DNA of 63,284 nt, counting the filler, from Reticulomyxa filosa (lineage: Eukaryota > Protista > Foraminifera): NCBI GenBank assembly GCA_000512085.1. It is 19 parts of 19 records of this genome, joined end to end, with 100 filler letters (N's around TTAATTAATTAA, not from the genome) between each part and the next. Parts side by side here need not be neighbours in the genome. Positions count along the whole stretch, not along the records: positions 1 to 3,307 come from ASPP01003641.1; positions 3,408 to 5,768 come from ASPP01043621.1; positions 5,869 to 13,207 come from ASPP01003340.1; 16 more parts are not named here. One strand, 5' to 3'. Both the position numbers and the translations under genes were made by a program. Each line of letters begins with the position of its first letter. Position 1 is the first letter of the stretch. This document shows, piece after piece, positions 1-11,339 of the stretch. The notes beneath the pieces are model-generated. The model worked only from the letters and a program-made list of their open reading frames with translations. It searched no databases and had not been told where the DNA came from.

Positions 1-1685
1 ATTGAATATTTGTAATTGATTATTATGTTTGAAATCCCAAAAACGAATGATATTGTCATATGATGAAGAACAAATGACATTTTGACGATGATTATGATAA
101 TGATATGATGAAAATTTCACACAATTCACATCATCAGAATGTCCATTGAATGATTGAATTTGTTTGTTGTTATCAACATCCCATACACGAACTGTTTTAT
201 CACGTGATCCAGAACAAATTAATTGACAATCATCAAATGTTGAATAATCAATACTAAACACAGTGTTTGTATGTCCAGTAAATGTATTGATTAATTTGGA
301 TGATGATCGAAATGTGTCAAATATAAAGAATGTAGTTGCCTATGTTAACAGTGATGATAAAAATAATAAATATATTTGTTGATTTTTACTTAAATGAAAT
401 GAAAGATAAAAATAAAAAACTTAACATAATTAGCAATTAGTTTATTGAAGTCATTTATCCATCCAAATGTAATGTGTAATATTCGAATCCAATGTTGAAT
501 AATGATTTGGATTTCGTTTTCCTCTGTCTAATTCAATCACAAATCACATACAATAAATATAATAAAAACTTGAACGCAATCAATTTTTATATATTTGGAA
601 TAAAACTTACCACTGTATGTAATTGAATGTACTCGGATTGTAATAGTTGATTTAGATAATTCTAGTGTATATAATTTATGACTTGTTTGTGGTGAAATGG
701 AAAAAAGAAATAGATCATACTAATTGTTGTTTTAGTATTAGATTTTCATTATTTATTTTTGCAATTTCTTCATTTTGTTTTTTTTCATTGAATTGTTTTA
801 CTGATTTCAATTGTTTAAGTTCATCCTATATTTGTTATTACAATTAATTATATGTTTGTGTTTTCAATGCAAGCAATATTGCAAAATACACAAATATATA
901 TTTTTTAAAACACAGAAAATCATTACGTTGAGTTTTGCAATTTGTTTGAATTGTTTATCATTAAGTTGTTGAATTTCTTTGCTTTTTTCGTTATCACTTT
1001 CTTTCAGCGTTTCAATTTCTGCATCACTTTTTAAGAAGTCCATTTTTCTTAATTTTTCCTTTTTGTTTTATTTTAAAATGTTTTACCTTTATTCATTTAT
1101 TTGGTTGTAATTATTTTTTTAAAAAAAAAACAAACTCAAAAATAATGACAAAACTGTTTGTAATGTTTCATCTTTCAATTGCGATTGTAACTCTTTGACA
1201 AATGAAATAATTTGTCGAATTGATATCAATCGACATGAATTGTCTAAATGATCTTTCATTTCACTTATTTTTCCTTTGTAATTGCATTCATTTTCGTGAT
1301 CTTCTTTTGGTTGGCTCTTTTTCAAATCGTATTGTCGAGGACATGTTACCAATAAATCTGAAACTTGTTTTGTCAAAGATTTATTCTTCACAAATTCGCA
1401 ATGGTCGTGTTGTTCAATTGGACATTTGCCATTGCTTTGATTCAAGTACATTTGCAAACATTCTTCTCCGACCAAATACACTTGTTCTGCATTTTCATGT
1501 CCAGCGCATTGCAATTCCACTGCGTTGTTTGCAATTTGGTTGCAGATGCAGCAGATTAAATGGTTCAAGTTCTGTTGATTGTTTGTTAACAAAAGCCAAG
1601 CTTTATTATAGCAACCAGAGCTGGAAAATGTCTCTTTTTCATTTTCCACTTTTTTTTCCTCTCTTTCCATGTTCAAGGATAACAT
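1..1685 (-). CDS. RING-like / TRAF-type zinc finger / coiled-coil / WD40 protein (TRAF7-like architecture), multi-exon, 3' partial
   Basis: Exon 1 (ORF 1119-1685) has CCICNQIANNAVELQCAGH...GEECL...KCP and then CPRQ...CNYKGKISEMKDHLDNSC. Short K/E/Q-rich exons follow. The minus strand of ~1-340 reads TFTGHTNTVFSIDYS...ICSGSRDKTVRVWDVDNNKQIQSFNGHSDDVNCVKFS...SSYDNIIRFWD (WD40). Confidence 0.85.
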
Positions 1686-3307
1686 TAGCTAATCTCTTCT
1701 TTATTATGATTAAGAGTTTTTTTTTTCCAAAAAAAGTTGTATTTAAAAAGGGACAACACGAAACTCTGTTTTTATAAAGTGTCAATATTATTGGACCGTT
1801 TTATCTATTTTCAATTTTTAAGAAAGTAAATGAAAACTCAGTATAAATTTAATCCATTGCATTCTTTTTTGGAAATACCTTGTGATAATTAAATGTTTGT
1901 TTGTAAATCTCATTTGTTTATGAATACAAGTGTAATTTGTAAATGTTTTTTTAAATTCCTTGTTATTTCTATTTTCTTAAAAGAGTATTTTGCAAATAGA
2001 TTAATTTGTTGAATAGCTAGTTCAATTTTGTTGCTTGTTCTTTCAGGTGGTCCTTTGTTTGTTTTTCGAATCTGGAGGTACAGATGTTCTTCAAAGAGAA
2101 GACTTAAAAATAAATAATTCAATTTTTCTTTTTGAATTATTTTTAACAAAATTGCAAAAATAAGCAATTATTATCAACAGAGTAATTCAGTTGTGAAATC
2201 TTCAATAGACACAAAAAGAATAAATAATTGAATTGAACAAGTTTTACTACTCAGACGTCAATTAGAATATCTGTTTTGACTATTGACTTCAATATTCTTA
2301 GAAGGAAGAAGTACACCAAGCAGGATAGAAGATAATTGAATCTCCAGGATAAAAAAGTGCTTGATGCTTTTATGTTTAGGAATAGTCCAATGTAAATGTT
2401 TTCCAACTCCATCACAAATGCAAACAGGTGAAAAAGGACAAGAAATAATTGTAATTGATTTTTGTGAACTTGCATTATTTTTAAATAGAAAAGAAAACTA
2501 CATCTCTCCATTTTTGTAAAAAGAGTTTTTTTTTGACAGAACTTCAACTCTAAAAAGTGTTGTTAGAAATTTCGAGTGCCTGCTACCAGTAAAACAAAAA
2601 AAATAAAGTAAGCAAAGAAAGACAGTGCAAAAGATGAAGAACTTTGTCTACAATTATTTTTAAAAACAATAACAACTCTTGTCCAATTCGATCACGCGAA
2701 ATTAAAAGATTAAATAATCATTTATCAATTTGGTTGTAATCATATCTGTTTCAACCATAATTTCAATAATCGTCACGTTTCAACAATGAAATTACATTTT
2801 GATTTTGTAACTCAATTATTACAATCCATGAGACAAGAAATTGAATGGAAAGATAAATCGAATGAAACAAATAGAAAGAGATTTTCAACAAAAATGAAAA
2901 GAAGAATAATAATTAAATCATTGGAAGAAAGAAATTTCAAATTGACTCAAGATATCAACAATTACTTCAAAAATTAAATCTTTAACAGAAACAAAAAAAT
3001 AACCTTGTGAATGGTATTTTGTGCAAAGTGAAGACCCCATCATTTTTCAACAAAGAAAACTGTCTAGCATTAATTTAAAAATGAAAATATAAAAAATTTG
3101 CGGGTTAACTCATAGAAATAATTTTTTTGACTAAAAGTTATATTTTAAAAATTTTTAATAATAAAATGGAATTATTATGTTCAAGTTGTTTTTATTGGTG
3201 CATTCAAATGTCTTTTTTATGTTAAAAAAAAGATTCTGTTTGTAAAAAAAAAAAATTAAATAATCTCTAACGCTGCCAAAAGCAAAGACTAAATATTAAA
3301 AAAAATA

Positions 3308-3407
3308 NNNNNNNNNNNNNNNNNNNNNNNNNNNNNNNNNNNNNNNNNNNNTTAATTAATTAANNNNNNNNNNNNNNNNNNNNNNNNNNNNNNNNNNNNN
3401 NNNNNNN
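3308..3407. other. Artificial contig-joining spacer (N44-TTAATTAATTAA-N44); first of 18
   Basis: The identical 100-nt spacer, with stops in all six frames, also occurs at 5769-5868, 13208-13307, 15416-15515, 22390-22489, 28145-28244, 30336-30435, 34196-34295, 37149-37248, 48705-48804, 50258-50357, 51364-51463, 52760-52859, 53937-54036, 57528-57627, 58646-58745, 59931-60030 and 61736-61835. Confidence 0.98.
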
Positions 3408-3422
3408 TTTGCAAAAACAATC

Positions 3423-4081
3423 ATGGATAAATTCCAATTCAATTATCATAATGAAATTGATATTATTTTGAATAAAATCATGAAAAATAATTTTATTCAA
3501 AATGTAAAACAACAAAGAGTTGACTTTTACGAAAATAAAAATAAACAAGAAATAGTAAATTGTATTGAATATTTTCCAGAAGATCCACCTATACAAATTT
3601 TATATTCAATAATAACTTTCTTTCAAAGTTAATTATGTACATTTACTTATTTTTCATTTTAAAAAAAATTACTATCAAATAAAAATTTTATATAGGTAAT
3701 CCAACAAAGAAAAAAATAAAATCAAAATATTCCAAAAAAATTGAAAAAAATTCATTAAAAAGTGAAGAATCGGATTATGATCGATATAACAGTGATGACA
3801 GTATTATTTCTGATAATGACAACAAAATGAAAGATGATATAATTGAACCAATATTTTTGACTGAATTTCATTGCAGCAATCCAAATTGTATACATAGATA
3901 CCAAAATTGTAATAACAATTCTATTGACTTATGTCCAGCAAGTAATAATGAAAAGAAAGAAATCTCTCCATCAGTCACAGAAGGATCATTTTCGAATATA
4001 AATAAAAAAAGACGTTTGAATGATGGATTGCACAAAAGACTGATAAAAAACAAAATCAACAATTATACATTTCAGATCTAG
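3423..4081 (+). CDS. Hypothetical protein fragment (probably two exons)
   Basis: Adjacent short ORFs 3423-3632 and 3827-4081 are separated by an AT-rich intron-like gap; no recognisable domain. Confidence 0.25.
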
Positions 4082-4619
4082 ACAAATACTGTCATTCAAA
4101 TAAAAACAGTAATATTGTATTTTTTTAAATACCAAATGAAAAAATTATTTTATGTAAAATATGTCAATGTGTATTGTTAACAGAACGAAAATTGCAACTA
4201 ATAACGTGCTAAATTGAAATTATTATATTATTGCTGATTATCCACATGCATTGTTTATTCAATGTTAATTAGGATTATGATGAAAAAAGTTACACATCCA
4301 ATCTAGTTGTGATGTGTAATCTTTTGTTATTGCTTTGAAACTTTTTTCTTTTAAATAAATTAAAAACACTCGAAGAGTGGTAAATCTCAAACATGAAACA
4401 ATCTTATTGAAAAAAATCAATTTAAAATATTTCTCTACAATGAAACTCAGAATCATGATTCTTTTCAATTTAATAAATTGAAACAATTTAACATACAATT
4501 CATAATGTATTTACATTTGAGCAGGAGTTTTTGCCAGATGACATCACTTGTGGTCAATCGATTCACATTACTCAAATCAGGTTTTTGTAATATACAGATT
4601 CCTTTATAAATATTGCAGA

Positions 4620-5023
4620 TACTCTCATTGTCAATTACTTGCTTCCAGCCGTGTAATGAGCTCGTGCAAACGTGGTTGCATCTTCTTTTTCTGATAACAA
4701 AAAATTGATATCAAACAGTGATCCAGATTTCACCTCATTAATTACATTTGGTTCTAAGTCCACCTGCAACAGTTGTTTTTTATGTACAAAAATATATACA
4801 TATGTAAATTAGATTGAAAAACGCAAGCTTTAACTGCAAGGTTTCTTGGGACGAATTGACCACTACTTGTCTCTTCAAAAGAAATTTTAAACGAACTGTC
4901 TTTTGTTGCTCTCTGTTGTTTGCCTACATTATTGATGTTGTGCTCTACACAGCACTGCTCCCACACTGCATTTCCAAGTTGAATGCCTGCTTGACCAACT
5001 TCTATTGTTATAATTTCACGCAT
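4620..5023 (-). pseudogene. Divergent alpha-tubulin, N-terminal remnant
   Basis: MREIITIEVGQAGIQLGNAVWEQCCVEH...FEETSSGQFVPRNLA, then after a GT-AG intron VDLEPNVINEVKSG...KEDATTFARAHYTAG, ending prematurely. The GQAGIQ, VDLEP and KEDA..FAR.HYT motifs are alpha-type; deletions and truncation indicate decay. Confidence 0.85.
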
Positions 5024-5356
5024 TATTCTTGAAGTTCTCTGAAAGTACTCATAAATGTCTGATAAAGTGTATTGTCCTTTTGAAGGAACAATCAAAGAAT
5101 TAAATGATCATTTAAATAATTATTACTCTTCTAATTCGAAGGTCTTTGCATTGTAAATATTTTACAAAATATAACGTAAATTGGTCAACCCGAAATTTCG
5201 TTTTATAAACAAAAGTTCAATCATTTTTTTCATCAAAGATCATCTCAAGAGGAAATTAAAACAAGTTACAAGAATGAATTTAAACTTATCAATGAAAGTT
5301 GAGTCCAACTTATCTTTAATTTTATTCTTTATTTTATTTGTCGTTGTTACGTGTAA

Positions 5357-5768
5357 TTGAAACAATCAAAAGAAGAAGAGATCCAAATAATTATTCATCA
5401 TTGGATTCGAACATTCAACATTAAATTAGGATTGATAAAAGACTTTGATACATTTGTCCTAAATTATGTTAGTTCATTCTTTTTTAATTTGTGTCAATCA
5501 AAACATTTCAATATTTATTATAGGCATCTACTGTCTTCATGTTTGACACATTTCGTTCCAAATTAATCAATACATTCACTGGACATACCGATTGGTTGCA
5601 TAGTATTGATTATTCAACATTTGATTGTGATCAACTCGTTTGTTCTGGATCAAATGATAAAACAGTTCGTGTATGGGATGTTGATAACAACAAACAAATT
5701 CAATCATTCAATGGACATTCAAGCTATGTGTATTGTGTGAAATTTTCACCATATCATTATCATAACCA
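5357..5768 (+). CDS. WD40-repeat protein, partial (runs into contig end)
   Basis: EEEIQIIIHHWIRTFNIKLG exon, then FDTFRSKLINTFTGHTDWLHSIDYS...CSGSNDKTVRVWDVDNNKQIQSFNGH; close paralog of the WD40 part at 1-340. Confidence 0.85.
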
Positions 5769-6124
5769 NNNNNNNNNNNNNNNNNNNNNNNNNNNNNNNN
5801 NNNNNNNNNNNNTTAATTAATTAANNNNNNNNNNNNNNNNNNNNNNNNNNNNNNNNNNNNNNNNNNNNAAAAAGAAAAGAAAAAGATGAAAAATTTCAAC
5901 ATAAAATTTTGTATTTACCTTATTGATAGGTCAAAGTTACAAACTTAAATTGCTATATTATATAAAATATATTTTTTTTAATAGGTGGAAATGCCAAAAC
6001 ATGCAAGACCAAGGCCAAGACTAATATTAATTATATTTTTTTTATTTTTTATTTTATTATTTTATTTTATTATTTTATTTTATCATTTTATATTATGTAT
6101 ACAGCATAACACCTTTATAAAAAT

Positions 6125-6490
6125 TGCTGCCCGTGGACTCGTATTAACGAGTTGGCAAAAGACCGGCTAATAGGATAGCCTTGATCATAGACTAGTAACA
6201 TTGTCGTAAGTCTAGATACGAGATCTGGATGTTATCCAACCTTTGCCAGTTATAGTACCGCGCGGGCTAGTAACGACAATACTAGACCCTGTCAAAAGGG
6301 TAAAACCGACCAGTAGTGGCAAAGTGTTCTTATTAAATGCAAAAGTATCTAGTATGTGTACTCACAGCCTTTACCACTTAAAGGAAATATCACAGGACTT
6401 TTTGTCGTTTAAAGGATTGACACACATGCGGTCTGCTATTTTAATTATAACTCACAGCACTGATTGGCCCCAAAAGGGCGAAACCGCATA
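6125..6490 (+). ncRNA. Candidate structured RNA / ribozyme-containing element
   Basis: 151/360 G+C (about 42%) over 6121-6480 between very AT-rich flanks, many perfect short helices, no convincing ORF, and a hammerhead-shaped motif at the 3' end. Confidence 0.5.
6426..6489 (+). ncRNA. Type III hammerhead-ribozyme-like motif with variant core (CUGAUUG instead of CUGANGA)
   Basis: Stem III ATGCGGT 6426-6432 / ACCGCAT 6483-6489; GUC triplet 6431-6433; stem I TGCT 6434-6437 / AGCA 6456-6459; CTGATTG 6460-6466; stem II GCCC 6467-6470 / GGGC 6476-6479; GAAA 6480-6483. Confidence 0.6.
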
Positions 6491-6539
6491 TATTAAATAA
6501 AATTTTTATTATTTATTAAATTAAAATTTGTGTCATTGC

Positions 6540-6650
6540 TTCTCGAAAATTTTCAAAAATGAATAAAATATTCAAATTTTTTAAACAATTAGTAAAGATT
6601 TAATAAAAAACCAAAATGATATTAAAAACTACACGATTTGTAGATATTAT
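6540..6650 (-). repeat. Partial copy of the foldback element at 11340-11792
   Basis: The reverse complement aligns by eye to ~11428-11525 (TTTATTAAATCTTTACTAATT.TTTAAAAAATTT...GAAAATTTTC). Confidence 0.65.
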
Positions 6651-6669
6651 ATTATCTGCATTATATAAG

Positions 6670-6890
6670 TGTTTGTTTATGGGATATTCGAACTGATAAA
6701 CAGATTCAAGAATTAATGAACATATATTTGCTGTGTCATGTGTTGATTATTCGCCGTTTGCAATAAAGCGTAACCAAATTGGTCCAAACATAATATATTC
6801 TGGACCAGAAGATAACACAATTCGTTTTTGGGATACTCGACCAAATAAGACAGAATTATATATGATCAATGGGGCCAAAGAAGAAAAGGA
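6670..6890 (+). pseudogene. WD40 gene C-terminal remnant
   Basis: VCLWDIR...YSPF...SGPEDNTIRFWDTRPNKTELYMING, with frameshifts; matches the end of the 10096-11169 ORF. Confidence 0.75.
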
Positions 6891-7157
6891 ATAATTTTTT
6901 CTAATTTGTTTTAGATTAAAATTTTGTAAATACATGTGTTTAACCAAACACATTTGTTATTATTCGATGATCAAATGAATAAGTTTGATTATAAGGGTAA
7001 AATTCTGGCCAAAAAAAGTCTTCACTCTATTAATACTTATATTTATCCAATCTTTTGAAATTAACTTTTGTATGTGCATCAATACCAAAAAAAAAAAAGG
7101 AAAAAAAATCCTTTTTATAATAACAAAAAAAAACTTCAATCATTTCTACTTTTTGCA

Positions 7158-9203
7158 ATGTCGTCATTTAAAGCATATGTGAGCGATGGGACAAACGTAC
7201 ATACAATCATATTGCTAGAATTGACAATGAAGCATTTAAGACAACAAGTCCTCCAAGTTACTCGAACAATACATGCAGACGATGTATTAGTAAGAATCAT
7301 TGATAAAGATGGTAGACATGTTGAAACTGACAGAAGTGTGGTCTGTGCATTTGACAGTGAGAATGTGCATTTCATTGTCCAATTTCGAACAAGTTAATAC
7401 TAATCTCTATTAAAAATTTTAAAAAACATACAATAACAAAATAAAAAAAAAGGAGAGCTTGCAAGAAAAGAAAGAAGAAATAAAAGGATTACAATTATCA
7501 AATAAAGTAAGAAATCCATTAGTATTATTGACAGGAGCAATGAAATATCAGCAATCACAATATTTAGAAAATGTCAAACAAGATTTCCAGTTATTACAAA
7601 CACTGTTTCAATCTAAATTTAATTATCGAGTATTCAGTACTTACAATTCGCAAATTGTGAAGACCGAGTTTCTTACTTTAAATGATTTAAATGATTTCAT
7701 TTCAAAACAATGTTTAAATCTAACCAGTGTTTCGAATGATTATGATGGACTAATCTTTGTGTGGTGTGGATATGGAGGATTTGGAGTAAATGGAGATACA
7801 TTAATTACAAGTGATAACCAAAGCAAAATTTTCAAAGAAATTCAAAATAATTTTATAATGAAAACAGAATATTTTGCTGGAAAACCAAAAATTTTCATGA
7901 AAATATCCAATTCAATTGAAAATAATCGAAACAGTAAGATTAATGAAAAGAAGATACGATATAATCATGATACAGATACATTCACGATTATTGCAGATAC
8001 ATCAGAAAAATCAGTTATTAATTTCACAAAAATATTTTGTTATGAGATTGAAAATAATATGAATCAAAGTTTAGAACTTATTATCAAAAATGTAATTGGT
8101 CAAATATCAGGAAAAGAAATTGTACAATCTGTTTCAACTTCTCATTCGGATATTTATTTAATTCCAAGATCAACTAATAATAAAAATACTCCAGAAACTT
8201 TAGATTTTAGAAAACATTGGAACAGAAATTGGAGAAAAGCAAATGTAGAAGCAGCAAAAATAGTTGAAGAGATGATACAAAAAAATGAACAAGGATTGGT
8301 TGTTGTTGCTTTCGATACTCCTGAATGGAAAAAAACAAATGACAATTTTTTTATATTTCTTCATTCTCTTTTTATACATTGATAAACAAAGATAATGTGG
8401 TGAAAAAAGAATTTAAAAGATATTGGGTATATGCCATAAAAAGCAAGTTAATAATATTAAATGATATACGCATTGATGGTAATGTATATGTAGTTAATTG
8501 CGAACTTCAATGCAAACAAAATGCTAATATCACAACTCAACTATTTATCACAGAAAATGCTATTGTTGATCAATCTTTTTCACCTATTCAATGGAACACT
8601 AGAATACACTATGATATTCCTGCAAAACTTCAAGAGCTCGAAAATAAAGATGAAGAATGTTTAGAAAGATTACTTTATGATGATTCCGTTTTTTATTTAA
8701 AACAATATCTGCAAATTTGTATTGATACATTTGGACTTAATCATCCTTATGTTGTCATTGCTTATCGAATGCTTGGATTGACATATGATGATAAAGGACA
8801 ATATGACATTGCAATTGAGTTTTATGAAAAGGCATTAAAAATTATGGTAGATATTTTTGGTATCAATTATGTTTTAGTTGCTCAATTATATCACAACTTA
8901 GGAACATCTTATGACAATAAACGACAATATGGAAAGGCAATTAAACATTATGAAACTGCTTTAAAAATAAGGAAAGAAATATTTAGAAAAGGAGATGAAA
9001 GCATTGGAGATATCTGTTGGGATTTAGGATGTATATTCGAAATAATACAAAACAAGAAAACAGCATACAAGTATTATGAAGAGGCATGGAAAGTATACAA
9101 TAAAGTATATGGAGAATGGGATGAAGCAACATTACGATCAAAAGAGCAAATGCAATATTTGAATGAATCAGAAAATGATCGACTTTTTATTTCTACGTTT
9201 TAA
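7158..9203 (+). CDS. PB1/ubiquitin-like N-terminus + degenerate caspase-like (peptidase C14 fold) domain + TPR repeats; contains a frameshift
   Basis: NPLVLLTGAMKY...LENVKQDFQLLQTLF...YDGLIFVWCGYG...TLITSD...FAGKPKIF follows the caspase p20 pattern. The C-terminus has TPRs (AYRMLGLTYDDKGQYDIAIEFYEKALKI; YHNLGTSYDNKRQYGKAIKHYETALKIR). ORFs 7459-8382 and 8379-9203 overlap with no GT-AG intron between them, and the intron near 7393-7452 does not join in frame as written. Confidence 0.75.
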
Positions 9204-9820
9204 AATTGTCTAAACAAATTAAAAAATTTTCACAATGTTGTTCTACAAGTAATTTACATTCTTCCAAATACATTTTCCATATGGCCATTTTTATTATTAC
9301 TGCGTAATTTGTTTATCTTCTGAATATGATCGATTTTAGGGTTAGTATCCATTGTACATTTGCTAATAATAGATTCATTATGCCTATTTGAAACATAAGC
9401 TTTTATTTTTTATTCAACAATCCTTTTATGAGTTTGTACAGATGAAAATAATTTTAACATATTCGAAAGAGAAATTTAAGGTATATTTTTCCTCTGGTTC
9501 ATGTGTAAATAATAAGAGTAATAAATACAAAGTATATTTTTGCAGTGAAGCAAAACATAGCAATTGAATAGTAGTGTTTGATTATTTGTGATGTCACAGT
9601 TTGTTTTGTTTCACATTTTGTTGATGTTTGTAAAAGTTGTTGAAAACCTTTCACATTGAACTGACTTTTGAACAATTGATTTCTTCTCATTGAAAGGAAG
9701 TTCAACTTGTATTACCAAATTCTTTTGACAACCCCCTCATTGATTTTGAGAAAAAAGATCAAACAGTTTTTCATCTTATATCATCGTCTAAGAAGATCTC
9801 TCAGAGAAAAAACAAAAGAA

Positions 9821-11169
9821 ATGTCAATGCAACTATCATTGGTAAGCTTTTTTCAATCTTCCTGGGATTGATTGTCTTTATATTTTTGATTTTATTTGCA
9901 ATTGAGTCAGTTAGAAGAAGGAGAGATCCAAACAATTATCCGATATTGGATTAGAATATTGCATATTCAATTTGGATGGATCCAGGACTTTGACAGACTT
10001 ATTGCTGAATATGTTAAGTTTATTTGTTTTATTCAATGTAAATATTTATTTGTCTTATTCATATTTATAATTTAATACAGACAACTAACTTCTTCATGTT
10101 TGAGATATTTTATTCATCATCTAAATTACTCAAAACTTTCACTGGACATAAAAGTTGGGTAAATAGTATTGACTATTCAACACTCGATGGTAATCAATTC
10201 ATTTGTTCTGGATCAGGTGATAATACAATTCGCATATGGGATGTAGATACCGGCCAACAAATTCGATCACTCAATGGTCATTCATGTTCAGTGCTTTGTG
10301 CGAAATTTTCGCCATATCATTATTACAACAATCGTCGTAGTGTCATTTGTTCTTCGTCACATGACAGTACTATTTGTTTTTGGGATATCAAAGAAAATCA
10401 ACAATTACCAGTATTCAATGAACACAATGATAGTGTTTGTGACATTGTGTTTTCATCGTTTAATTATGGTCGATATATGTGCTCTGGATCTGAAGACAAT
10501 ACTATTCGTTTATGGGATGTTGAAACATCCAAATCATTACATGTTTTCAATGGACATGAAAGTGGTGTTTTGTGTGTGGATATTTCACCATTGCAAAGCA
10601 ATAACAATGGCAAGAATGATAATTGTGTTGGTATGATTGGCGGTAATGGATATACTATTTGCTCTGGATCATTGGATTATACCATCCGAATATGGGACAT
10701 TGAAACAACCAAACAGTCTATTGTGTTTGAAGGACATGAAGATTATGTGATGAGTGTAAGATATGGATCAAATGAATTAAGAAATATTGGCAGTGCAAAT
10801 ACAATACTATCTGGATCTGTTGATAAAAGTGTTTGTTTGTGGGATATTCGATCTGGTCAACAAATTCAAGTATTCAATAAACATACAGTTTGTGTGAATG
10901 CTGTTGAATATTCACCATTTATTGTAAATAATATTGAGATTGGAGATAATTCAAATGTGATATGTTCTGGATCAGAAGATAATACAATTCGATTTTGGGA
11001 TATTCGATTAAATAAGATTGAATTATATGTGATCAATGGAAGTAATGAATGTGATGGAATAAGATGTCTTAAATTTCTACAATTAAAAAAGAATAGAAAA
11101 AGTAATAATGATAGTTTTATTTGTTTGTGTTATGGCTCAAACAAGGGTCTGATTCAAATTTGTGGATAG
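9821..11169 (+). CDS. WD40-repeat (G-beta-like) protein, multi-exon; start uncertain
   Basis: The main exon 10081-11169 has about six GH...WD repeats (GHKSWVNSIDYS...SGSGDNTIRIWD etc.). The upstream exon EEGEIQTIIRYWIRILHIQFGWIQDFD matches the paralogs at 5357 and ~430-545. Confidence 0.92.
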
Positions 11170-11339
11170 TGCCATTTTCGCAGTAAAAAATTTGTTCAAG
11201 TTGTTTGATTCTTTTTGATTAAATTGAACGAAACAAGCTTCTTTCATTAAACTTTCGGTTTGCAATTGTCCAGAAGTTATTGCCACATCAAAAAAAATTA
11301 TATAGAAAAATAAAGTTTACGCAAAAATTAATACAATAG

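Noticed and set aside
6125-6490. Assignment to RNase P/MRP RNA or a group I intron
   Set aside because: Only loose partial motifs (AAAAGTCC on the minus strand, TCATAGACTA on the plus strand), with no properly placed partner elements; needs a covariance-model search.
6243-6500. 85-aa ORF over the structured island
   Set aside because: TTG start, no recognisable motif and no splice context; helix density argues for an RNA or DNA structural role.
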